Source: a virus (lineage: Duplodnaviria > Heunggongvirae > Uroviricota > Caudoviricetes). From it: 64,000 nucleotides of DNA. The DNA lies in the IMG/VR virus record IMGVR_UViG_3300031998_000032, positions 44,042 to 108,041 of that record, one strand, 5' to 3'. The translations under genes were made by a program, and so were the position numbers. Numbering within the stretch: position 1 is the first letter of the stretch; each line of letters starts with the position of its first letter. The notes beneath the pieces are model-generated. The model made no database searches. It was not told where the DNA came from and worked only from the letters and a program-made list of their open reading frames with translations. Positions 56,102-64,000 of the stretch are shown one piece after another.

Positions 56102-56120
56102 TGTTTCTATCGGATAGATA

Positions 56121-57032
56121 TTATTGATTGATTATTTGAAAATAGAAGCCATTAATCAAAGCTTGCCGTGAAGCTGCATAAGTCGCACTATAAAGATAAT
56201 TCCGGTTTAAACCATTATCACGTTCAGCGGCCTTTATTGAGTCGTAAACAAATACTACATTTCCATCGTGATCTTTCTTTATAACTTTTCTCTTTTGGCC
56301 TTTAATGCGATGATTGGCTTCTCTGTATCGAAATACCTCTCCTGCAAAAACAAAAACAAATCCATGATAACTTCTATTTCGGCCTCTACAAACATTTAAA
56401 GCTGCTCTTCTTGATATTCCATCCTTTTCCATATCAAAAGAACAATCATAATGCTTGATAAAGTTACCCTCTAAATCATACATATCAACAGGAGTCGCAT
56501 TTCCGCTTTTTATCAACGTTTTTCTTGAACGCATCTTTACGGTACCATAGATGTTATTGTATAGATAAGAAGCCCATTCTAAGTTTGATGCTTTGTTGTT
56601 GCTCTTGTTCTCATCTTTATGATTTACAGTTGGTAGTTGCTGGGGATTAGGTATAAACGCTGTGGCTACCAATCTGTGAACATATTCCATACATTTTTTG
56701 TTGTGTATGTATATCTTAACAACAAAATAACCATTCCCATTGTTGTACTCTTTTAATATGCGCTCGGGGTAAAATTGATTATTGGAATTTGTTCTGCTTT
56801 TTACTTTTACTCTCCCTAAATTACTTACTTGACACAATCCGGCAAAGGATTTTGTCTTTCTCCATATTTCACCCTCAAAATCTTCTAATGAGAGCCAACG
56901 AGCTGAGTTTACAGCATAGTCTTCAATTCTATCCATTACTTCTGATGTTAAACGACTCTGATGATTGAAAAAATGAGGAAAGCCCATCAGATTAGCCTTG
57001 TCAGCAGGGGTACTAAGTCTGCCTATCCTCAT
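56121..57032 (-). CDS. HNH homing endonuclease (NUMOD4 + HNH_3 + two NUMOD1-like repeats), paralog of 11113..11721
   Basis: 'CQVSNLGRVKVKS', 'HRLVATAFIPNP...VNHKDENKSNNKASNLEW', 'VVFVYDSIKAAERDNGLNRNYL'. Confidence 0.7.
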   Translation of the reverse strand: MRIGRLSTPADKANLMGFPHFFNHQSRLTSEVMDRIEDYAVNSARWLSLEDFEGEIWRKTKSFAGLCQVSNLGRVKVKSRTNSNNQFYPERILKEYNNGNGYFVVKIYIHNKKCMEYVHRLVATAFIPNPQQLPTVNHKDENKSNNKASNLEWASYLYNNIYGTVKMRSRKTLIKSGNATPVDMYDLEGNFIKHYDCSFDMEKDGISRRAALNVCRGRNRSYHGFVFVFAGEVFRYREANHRIKGQKRKVIKKDHDGNVVFVYDSIKAAERDNGLNRNYLYSATYAASRQALINGFYFQIINQ

Positions 57033-57107
57033 CTCTCACGAAGTTCGGGATAGATACTGTTTATATACCAGTAAAGTATTGGTAAAGTATGTTTTATGAC
57101 GCAAAAA

Positions 57108-57971
57108 TTATGGTTCTATGGGATATATAGGAATAACATAGCATTGGCAATGTGGGTGTTGGGGCGGGAAGCCTTCTATGTCGCTTATCTCATGGAATCC
57201 AACTTGCTCCTGACATTTAGCGCAGTTATACGTCGAACCTCTTAATACGTAATATCCGACGACTCCATTGGCTTCGTAATCCATACGCAGTGATTTCATC
57301 CACGCCATCTGCAGTGTCGTCTTCGCCATATTGGTTACGTTGGTCGCACCACTGTTGGACAGGCCCACGGCGCCGGCCTGCACGCCGAGGGTCTGGATAT
57401 ATTGTGCACTGAAATCCCGGCTGTGCTTGAAAGCCTCCAATATCTCAGGCATGGAGTATATCTGATGCTTATACATCTTGATTTTGGTGATGGCATCGGC
57501 CATGGAGACCTCTTTGTATCGCAGCGCGGCAATAGCGGCCTCATAGTCCTTCATCGTCTTGAAGAGATAACCATAGAGTGTCTCCTCCTGGTTGCGGTTG
57601 TTACGTCCGAGCGTCTGAATCCACGCCACGAGAAACGCCATATGATCTTTATCGGCTGTAACACGTGTCGAATACTCGTAGATGAGGTTCAGTATCAGCT
57701 CTTCGGCTTGGTCCATAACTTCCGCAATCTCATTCATCATATCTTCGTTATATTCATAACTGATGGTGAATATCAGGGGATCCACGTCATAACGGTAACA
57801 GATGGTGACAATCTGTTCTGCGATATCATCAAGAATTTCATCGATACGTGAAGCCAAAGCACGTGCGTTCTCGTTACGTTGGAGTATGAAGTCCTTGGCC
57901 GACCGGATATCATCTTCCTTCGGTATGCGGTAACGATTACCGTCGATTCTTATCTTGATGGTACTTGCCAT
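57108..57971 (-). CDS. Head morphogenesis protein (SPP1 gp7 / Mu F family)
   Basis: C-terminal 'CAKCQEQVGFHEISDIEGFPPQHPHCQCYVIP' (HPxCxC signature). Sits after the portal gene. Confidence 0.6.
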   Translation of the reverse strand: MASTIKIRIDGNRYRIPKEDDIRSAKDFILQRNENARALASRIDEILDDIAEQIVTICYRYDVDPLIFTISYEYNEDMMNEIAEVMDQAEELILNLIYEYSTRVTADKDHMAFLVAWIQTLGRNNRNQEETLYGYLFKTMKDYEAAIAALRYKEVSMADAITKIKMYKHQIYSMPEILEAFKHSRDFSAQYIQTLGVQAGAVGLSNSGATNVTNMAKTTLQMAWMKSLRMDYEANGVVGYYVLRGSTYNCAKCQEQVGFHEISDIEGFPPQHPHCQCYVIPIYPIEP

Positions 57972-57974
57972 ATT

Positions 57975-59738
57975 TTAGCGTGTTGCGTTCCACTTGCGCC
58001 AATTGTTACGGCCTTCGTAATTGCCGTTCTCATCCCAATCACGTCCGCTGCGGTTGGGACGGCCCTTACCACGTCCGGTGGCTACAGAGAATTTCTTCTT
58101 GCCGGATACTTTCTTCTGACCTTCGTCATTGTTCTGCTGTATCCGGTTCTGCGCTTTTGCCACTTCAATCTGTTGGTCGGCCTGTATCTCGCTGAGCTGT
58201 TCTTGCATCTCAACGTTGGCGTCATTTTGGATTTCAATACGCTGCTCTTCGAGAAGCAACTGATTCATCATAGCATCATGCTCTTCGTTGCAGATACGCT
58301 CCCATTCGTTCGGAGTAGCATACGGGCTCTTCTCTGCGGCTGTCTGACGCGAGAGGAACTTACCGACAACGGATGTGTTGAGGTTCTGCGTGAGTTCGGT
58401 CGCGTTGACGTGGATGTAAGGCTCCAGGAAATGACGTATGTTGGTAGAGATGAAGTCAAGACGCATCTCAACTTCAATACCATACCCCCATGTGAATATC
58501 TGAACCATATCATCCACACAGCCGTCATACTCCTGTGCGTCATTCATCGCCTTCTCGTATGCGTCTGAGTACATGATCTTCAGGGCTACGCCCGGAGTAT
58601 CACCTGACTTCAGCTCAGGAGTCTTGACGGCAAACGACTGCTTGTAGATAGCATCCTCAACCTTATCCAACTCAGCCTTGTATGCGTTACTTGCATCCTG
58701 GCGCTGCAGGAATCCGATCTCACCATCCTCCGGAAGCATCATGATCTTGGATGCGTAAGACATATCGGCGGTAGTAACCTCCTCGGAGCCCTCACCTTTC
58801 ACATACATGATAGGCAGGCCGAAGTCATGGTTGGAATGTGCGAGATTGGAGAACGCAATCTCGTAGTTCTCGATACTCTCTTCTGAGAAGGTCCAACATG
58901 GTCCATTGTCATCACGCATATAAGCGACTGGTATGCGGTTGAAGCCGTGACTTTCCTTATACTCGAGTTTGTAGCCGTCGGTGGAGAAGAGCTTGAGTAT
59001 TATCTGCTTTGCCTTGTCGATGATATTGGTTGCATCGCCGTCAGCGACGAAGCGGTAGTAATAAGTGTCATCCCATACGTCGATGTAACGTTTGGTAACG
59101 CTGCCGTCTTCCGAGTAGTTGCAGTATGTACGTGCGAACGTGCTGAGCTTACCGGTCCGCAGGTCGTAATGCGGATAGAGACGGTCACCGTCCAGGAATG
59201 ACAGTATCTTCCATCCTAACTTGCCGTTATCCATATATCCGACCATGGCGCCGTCACCGGTCGCCTTGACCGATTTAGCCAGCTTATACCATGCCACCTC
59301 CATGTTCTTGTTGGCCCATCCGTTACGGAAGGCGATGAACACGTCACGACTTTTATCCGTCACCTTTGTATCTGACAGCTCAAACTGTATGTCGTTGCCG
59401 CACAGATGCGTGAGGTGTTTGACGAGGATGATCTGTTGGAAGGCGAAGGCATAACGCGGAATCTCCTGGATATACCAACGTCCGTCCTCCTCGTTCTGTT
59501 GCCATACATCAGGAAAGAGCTCCTTGTCATAGATGAGGTGTCCGGCCGGATCAAGTTCGCGCAGGAAATCCTCCTGTGTGACAATCTTACGACGCAGCCG
59601 GTCCTGAGTCACCGGTATTTCGGTGGGTTCATTGAACACATACCCGTGGTCGTAATGACCGTCGGGAAGTATTCTCGTAAAGGGCTTCTTGGTGAGAAGA
59701 TCCCTCAACTCCTGTTTTTTGTCAAGTGTTACAGCCAT
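57975..59738 (-). CDS. Portal protein (putative, SPP1-like)
   Basis: 587 aa, directly downstream of the large terminase, with a Q/E-rich C-terminal region. Synteny-based call. Confidence 0.5.
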   Translation of the reverse strand: MAVTLDKKQELRDLLTKKPFTRILPDGHYDHGYVFNEPTEIPVTQDRLRRKIVTQEDFLRELDPAGHLIYDKELFPDVWQQNEEDGRWYIQEIPRYAFAFQQIILVKHLTHLCGNDIQFELSDTKVTDKSRDVFIAFRNGWANKNMEVAWYKLAKSVKATGDGAMVGYMDNGKLGWKILSFLDGDRLYPHYDLRTGKLSTFARTYCNYSEDGSVTKRYIDVWDDTYYYRFVADGDATNIIDKAKQIILKLFSTDGYKLEYKESHGFNRIPVAYMRDDNGPCWTFSEESIENYEIAFSNLAHSNHDFGLPIMYVKGEGSEEVTTADMSYASKIMMLPEDGEIGFLQRQDASNAYKAELDKVEDAIYKQSFAVKTPELKSGDTPGVALKIMYSDAYEKAMNDAQEYDGCVDDMVQIFTWGYGIEVEMRLDFISTNIRHFLEPYIHVNATELTQNLNTSVVGKFLSRQTAAEKSPYATPNEWERICNEEHDAMMNQLLLEEQRIEIQNDANVEMQEQLSEIQADQQIEVAKAQNRIQQNNDEGQKKVSGKKKFSVATGRGKGRPNRSGRDWDENGNYEGRNNWRKWNATR

Positions 59739-59739
59739 A

Positions 59740-62496
59740 TTATTGAATAATATTACGTTTTATCGGTGTTAATTTTCTAACTGAACGTATGTTGTTGCTT
59801 TTCTGCAACCAGGACGGAACTGCAACCTGCGAGTGTTTGATATCGAATATCTCACGCTCGAACAAGGCCTCGAAGAAGTCGGGTGAGTGACCGACGACGG
59901 CTTTGTTCTTCATCTGCTCCTTATGTATCAGACACCAACCCTTATCCGCCTTTGACATATCCTGCTTGACGCATTTGCGCTCGGTCTGCAGAATGGCGTA
60001 CAGTGTCTTTGTCTCTTTGCCAATCTTGTATTTGCGTTGCAGCAATGTCGGCTCGATGCTCCATCCAGCCTGCTGTGTGCGCTCGGCAAACTTATAGGCA
60101 CATTGGGATTTCTTGTTGTCATAGAGGTTCTTGTCCCGTGTTGCCACAGCTTCAACGTTATTGAACGGCACGGCACGCGGGAACGCACCTTTGAGGACCT
60201 GGCCCATACCGTTGAGGTCATAGGTAAAGTTCTCCTGCAGCACACCCCATTCCTCCAGCTTCGCCTGTATAAGTGATGCTGTAGTCAGAGGGTCACGGCG
60301 GCACACATATACATCAGCGACGTGCCATCCTATCCACAGCCAGGTGACACAGTTGTCACCGCCGTCACCGGCGACGTCACAAGATGCACGCTTGATACGG
60401 TCACCGAGCATCTGTGCGTTCTGAAAAACTTTATCAAGGTGATGGGCCTGTATCATGTCATCGCCCATCTTTATGATATCCCAGTTGCCGTCGAACTCAC
60501 GGGCCCGGACTTCCGGCGGTTGGTTGAGTAGGTTGGCTATATAGGCCGGGTCGTTCTTGAGAAGTGCTTTATTGTCTTTGAGTGACGCCTTGATGAAGGT
60601 CACGCTCTTGACGAAGAATGAAGTCTTGGTGTATCCGTATTGCTCCCATTCGGGGTCCCATGCGTCATCGATCATCTCCTTACACTGCTCATAGACCTCC
60701 TCAGGTGTATCACCCCATATGATGTTATCCACCGAGTCATCCGGCATATAGCAGTAACGTATCTTGCCGTCACGTTCGGGGATAGCGAAACCCTTACGTT
60801 CAGGGTGCATCAGACCATCGGAGTATATAGTGTCTTCCTTACCTATCCACCAATCGATGAACTTACGCAACCACGACATAGGATCAGGGTTGCAGGTGCC
60901 AAGCATACGTGAATGTACTCCGATGGTGTTTCGGTTGGCCGTCATGAGGAATTTAAACATCTCGAACGGCATCTGCGGCAACTCATCGACTCCAATATAT
61001 GCGAACTGTTGACCACGAAACTTGATATCGAAATCCGACATCGGCATATCATATATGGTCAGGCCGAGTTTGGCGCCGGTGTTGAAGTTCCATGTCATAT
61101 CATCCTTCGACTTGTTGTATCGGCCCAATCCTGTAAACCAACGCTTGCTCTCGTTGATGATATTCTCGAAGTCATCCTTGTTCTTACGGAAGATGATGCC
61201 GTTGAAGTGTTTGTTCTGAATGTCATAGATTGGCTCCATGAGCATCGTTATGGTGTTATGGTTGACGGTGTAGGCGTCAGTCATATAGAGATGGTCACGT
61301 CCGGTGACGGTGATACAGCGGCAATTCTGCTTCTTTGAACTCTTGGTGATATATTGGATTTTCTTGGTGAGGATATTCCTGCAGTTCGGGCTCTTTGGCT
61401 TCTCTGCGTTGATGAGTGCCGCCTTCTGGTAGCAAGGATGTGTCATAAGCTCCTTGTTATCCGGTGCCACCATCGTAACTTTCCACCATCCTATCTTGGT
61501 GGGCTCGTCTTCTATCTGTGTGACACGTGCCCATATACCGAGTGAGCGCACCACTTCGGCTATATCCTCGATGAGGCGTTTGTTAGGCATGGCTACGAAC
61601 GGATGCAGGTCTTTCGACCGACCGTTTCTCATCATCAGCCCGTGTATGTATTCCCATCGTGACTGTATGGATGCATATTTGTATTCAGCCGGGATGCACG
61701 CCAGCTCCTCTTGGCGGCAGCACGTGAATTTACGTCTCTTATCGTCATCGAGACCTTTGAGGAAGTAATAGCCGGTATCCATGTTCTTGCGGATCTTATA
61801 TCCCATGAACTTGAATTTTTTGGCCATAAAACGGTTGTTGCCGACATTCAGTCCTGCTGTTGAGAAGTTCCATGTACCCTGTGCGCAGGTCCATCCAAGC
61901 AGGAACGGATGTAACGGCAGGTCGATAGGCGTAATCTTCTCGTTCAGCTCCACCTCACCGCACAGAGGAATTTCTACAAGCGGCGAGCCGGCCTTACGCA
62001 GTGACAGCGGATAAGGAATGTCAATCTTGTAAAGATTCATGATGTCTCGAGCGGTCATCTCATGGAAGTCTTCCGTCGGAGATGTGCGGGCCCAGAATCT
62101 ATGGTTATCCATACAACTCAATGTGGTGCCGTCATCAAAATGAAAGACATAAACGGTGTTTTCACCCTGCTCGAATATTTCACTTACTTTCTGCACGCCG
62201 TTGTAAGGAGTGCATATCAGATCGCCGACCTCCAAATCACCCATTCGGCGGAATCCCGACGGGGTGGCCACCGGTGTGCAATAAGGGTTGGCTTTACCGC
62301 CGCCTCGGTTCCCACCGAACACGGTGATGTCAGCAACGCCGCTCAATCCGTTCTCCTGAGCGCCCTGCTGTGCAACGAAAAATTTGGATTTCTTCCCGAA
62401 GTCTTCGGTCTCGCGGAGCTGTTGCAGATAATCGTGCGAATAGATGTTTTTTCCATCTATTGTCTTCAGCCCCGTGTAATCAGACGTGCTATTCAT
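59740..62496 (-). CDS. terL: Terminase large subunit, interrupted by an intein
   Basis: 'GGNRGGGKA' P-loop region, Walker B 'AYIGVDELPQ'. 918 aa versus ~570 expected. Intein signatures inside (see next feature). Confidence 0.8.
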   Translation of the reverse strand: MNSTSDYTGLKTIDGKNIYSHDYLQQLRETEDFGKKSKFFVAQQGAQENGLSGVADITVFGGNRGGGKANPYCTPVATPSGFRRMGDLEVGDLICTPYNGVQKVSEIFEQGENTVYVFHFDDGTTLSCMDNHRFWARTSPTEDFHEMTARDIMNLYKIDIPYPLSLRKAGSPLVEIPLCGEVELNEKITPIDLPLHPFLLGWTCAQGTWNFSTAGLNVGNNRFMAKKFKFMGYKIRKNMDTGYYFLKGLDDDKRRKFTCCRQEELACIPAEYKYASIQSRWEYIHGLMMRNGRSKDLHPFVAMPNKRLIEDIAEVVRSLGIWARVTQIEDEPTKIGWWKVTMVAPDNKELMTHPCYQKAALINAEKPKSPNCRNILTKKIQYITKSSKKQNCRCITVTGRDHLYMTDAYTVNHNTITMLMEPIYDIQNKHFNGIIFRKNKDDFENIINESKRWFTGLGRYNKSKDDMTWNFNTGAKLGLTIYDMPMSDFDIKFRGQQFAYIGVDELPQMPFEMFKFLMTANRNTIGVHSRMLGTCNPDPMSWLRKFIDWWIGKEDTIYSDGLMHPERKGFAIPERDGKIRYCYMPDDSVDNIIWGDTPEEVYEQCKEMIDDAWDPEWEQYGYTKTSFFVKSVTFIKASLKDNKALLKNDPAYIANLLNQPPEVRAREFDGNWDIIKMGDDMIQAHHLDKVFQNAQMLGDRIKRASCDVAGDGGDNCVTWLWIGWHVADVYVCRRDPLTTASLIQAKLEEWGVLQENFTYDLNGMGQVLKGAFPRAVPFNNVEAVATRDKNLYDNKKSQCAYKFAERTQQAGWSIEPTLLQRKYKIGKETKTLYAILQTERKCVKQDMSKADKGWCLIHKEQMKNKAVVGHSPDFFEALFEREIFDIKHSQVAVPSWLQKSNNIRSVRKLTPIKRNIIQ
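61255..62280 (-). other. Intein within terL (~342 aa, Cys73..Asn414) with LAGLIDADG-like homing endonuclease domain; +1 residue Thr415
   Basis: Block A 'CTPVATPSGFRRMGDLEVGDLI', block B 'TLSCMDNHRFW' (T-x-x-H), LAGLIDADG-like 'PFLLGWTCAQGT' and 'EYIHGLMMRNGRS', C-terminal 'YTVNHN|T'. Checked against the DNA: codon gca(-)=Cys at 62278-62280 and gtt(-)=Asn at 61255-61257. Confidence 0.65.
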
Positions 62497-62649
62497 ATTT
62501 ATTTACATTTTTCACAAAGATATTTTCCTTTTAAGCGTTCATAGGGTGTTTTTTTGTGGTAAAATGCAACATTACCAAAATAAAAGTTCCTTACAACAGC
62601 CATATCAGCATTAATTTGGCGAAAAATCTTTACAAATTAAGTAATTGGT

Positions 62650-63501
62650 ATGGAAAAAACAGCACTAATTCAACAGTTTAGAACCCGCATCGGAGAAGAC
62701 GATGCTAAGGTTATCAGTGACAAAACTTTCGACGGTATCGCCGAAACAGTTCTCCCTCTTTTCGCAGATGATTCCAAGATCACCGACGAGACATGGCTGC
62801 TCCCGGTCAATATGCTCAAGCAGTATGCCGGCCAGAAGCGTCATGACGAAGCTGAGTTCTCTCAGAAATACAAGACCGACTACGCAGCTCAACATGAGAC
62901 AGATGTTCTGAAGCGTATCGAGGATGAGAAGAAGAAGGCTTTGGAGGAGTTCAAGAAGTTGCATCCCGAAATAAAGGATGACAACGGCGGTGGCAACGGC
63001 GGTAACGGCGACAGTAAGGATATCGACAAGATCATTGATGAGAAGCTGAAGGGTCTACTCGGAGAGAATAGCGAATTCGGTAAGCTCAGCAAAGAATTCT
63101 CTGATTTCCTCAAGTCACAGCAAGCCCGGGAAAAAACCGAGGTCAGAAACACAGTCAAGGCCGGACTTATCGACTACCTCACCAATTTGGAGAAGGAGGC
63201 CCGCAAGGGTTCCGACATTCCTGTTGAAATCAAGAACCTTATTGAAGATTCCGCTACTTACATCGACTACGGTGACGATCCTAAACTTGAAGATCTCAAG
63301 GCTACGGTGAGGGCAAAGTACGAGAGCGAGTATAAGCGTCGCTACCCCAACGGCGGTCAGCCCTTCGGCGGATCAAGTTCGGGTGGTGGTAACACAGGAG
63401 AAGGTATAACCAAAACTATCCAGGACAGAGTTGAGAGGTTGAAGAAGGAGGTTGAAGACAACAAAAATTATGCCGCCGAGATGGAGAAAGGTTTCTGCTA
63501 A
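62650..63501 (+). CDS. hypothetical acidic K/E-rich protein, possibly scaffold or structural by position
   Basis: 283 aa with G/N-rich stretches 'DDNGGGNGGNGDSKD'. First gene of the rightward structural block. Confidence 0.3.
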   Translation: MEKTALIQQFRTRIGEDDAKVISDKTFDGIAETVLPLFADDSKITDETWLLPVNMLKQYAGQKRHDEAEFSQKYKTDYAAQHETDVLKRIEDEKKKALEEFKKLHPEIKDDNGGGNGGNGDSKDIDKIIDEKLKGLLGENSEFGKLSKEFSDFLKSQQAREKTEVRNTVKAGLIDYLTNLEKEARKGSDIPVEIKNLIEDSATYIDYGDDPKLEDLKATVRAKYESEYKRRYPNGGQPFGGSSSGGGNTGEGITKTIQDRVERLKKEVEDNKNYAAEMEKGFC

Positions 63502-63548
63502 CAGAAGCCTTCTTTAACGAGATTGTCTTACAAAAAAATTCGTACAAA

Positions 63549-63999
63549 ATGAACACAAAAGGAACTATTAACAACTACGTTAAGTTCAGTGACAAGTTCG
63601 GTGGTGTCCGCAAGTGCTACGAGGGCAAACCCATCATAGCCGTCGGCGGTTTCTCCTGCGACAAGGCACTGATGCCGCTTGACGGTGCTGCTATGGCTGC
63701 CGGTACCTTGGTATACGCAGACGAGCAGGCACGTACCATCATTCCTATCTACACCTTTAAGGTGCTCGCTGTTGATGTCAACGCAAAGACAGTAAAGGTC
63801 GAGAAGTTCGAGACCGGAAGCATCGCAAAAGTTGGAATGAAGCTTTTGGTTGTCGGTGACGACCTGACTCAGGCCGTGTCCAACATCGCAACCGTAACTG
63901 CTGTTGACGCCAGCGCTCCTGACTACGACATCCTGACCATGGATAACGTAGCTGAGGAAAGCACCGCCTTCATCGCCGAGGGTGATGTCCTGGCTGAGG
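63549..63999 (+). CDS. partial CDS (5' part; runs off the window), structural-module protein
   Basis: My translation: 'MNTKGTINNYVKFSDKFGGVRKCYEGKPIIAVGG...' open to the end of the window. Confidence 0.35.
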   Translation, partial: MNTKGTINNYVKFSDKFGGVRKCYEGKPIIAVGGFSCDKALMPLDGAAMAAGTLVYADEQARTIIPIYTFKVLAVDVNAKTVKVEKFETGSIAKVGMKLLVVGDDLTQAVSNIATVTAVDASAPDYDILTMDNVAEESTAFIAEGDVLAE

Positions 64000-64000
64000 C

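Noticed and set aside
62500-62650. Bacteroides-type promoter (-33 TTTG / -7 TAnnTTTG) in the divergent region between terL and the structural genes
   Set aside because: Several TTTG-containing stretches are present, but I could not place a convincing -33/-7 pair with 19-21-bp spacing by eye. Left uncalled.

Overview
This 64-kb window reads as a tailed-phage or prophage genome segment, probably of a Bacteroidota host. The evidence for the host is that no Shine-Dalgarno sequences lie ahead of start codons, leaders are AT-rich, and the integrase is of the Bacteroides phage/CTn type. The genome extends beyond the window, because no tail genes are present. All calls rest on motif reading; I ran no searches.

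Layout, left to right:
- 0-5.3 kb: an IS200/IS605 tnpB, a tyrosine integrase, a CI/XRE-like repressor, small HTH/excisionase-like genes, a 300-nt hairpin-dense non-coding stretch and two tRNA-like genes.
- 5.3-27 kb (+): a recombination and replication block. It holds a RusA-like resolvase, a Rad52-like annealing protein, an exonuclease, an SSB with a D-x-LPF tail, a second intact tnpB element, a replication-initiator-like gene containing 12-bp iterons, NUMOD4/HNH homing endonucleases, an AEP-primase/DnaB-like helicase fusion, a DnaA-domain-IV-like mini-protein, a third tRNA-like gene, a ParB-like nuclease, a small Dam-like methyltransferase, a C5-methyltransferase-like protein and a radical-SAM protein.
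- 27.2-29.4 kb (-): a Xer-like tyrosine recombinase plus an FtsK/SpoIIIE ATPase.
- 29.6-47.9 kb (-): about 45 small ORFs. Each sits behind its own copy of a conserved ~17-nt box (TGTTTCAC-N-CTTAAAAC, ~8 nt before the ATG), and most are also preceded by a GC hairpin with a conserved GAGCAAT loop. This is the most unusual structure in the window.
- 47.9-48.9 kb: a non-coding, repeat-rich region that looks like an origin or divergent promoter.
- 48.9-56.1 kb (+): a P4/D5-like primase-helicase, an SPFH lipoprotein, a ParB-like nuclease and a two-domain glycosyltransferase.
- 56.1-62.5 kb (-): an HNH endonuclease, a head-morphogenesis protein, a portal and a large terminase interrupted by a ~342-aa intein with a LAGLIDADG-like domain.
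- From 62.65 kb (+): structural genes begin.

Coordinates for non-coding features were counted by hand and may be off by 1-2 nt.
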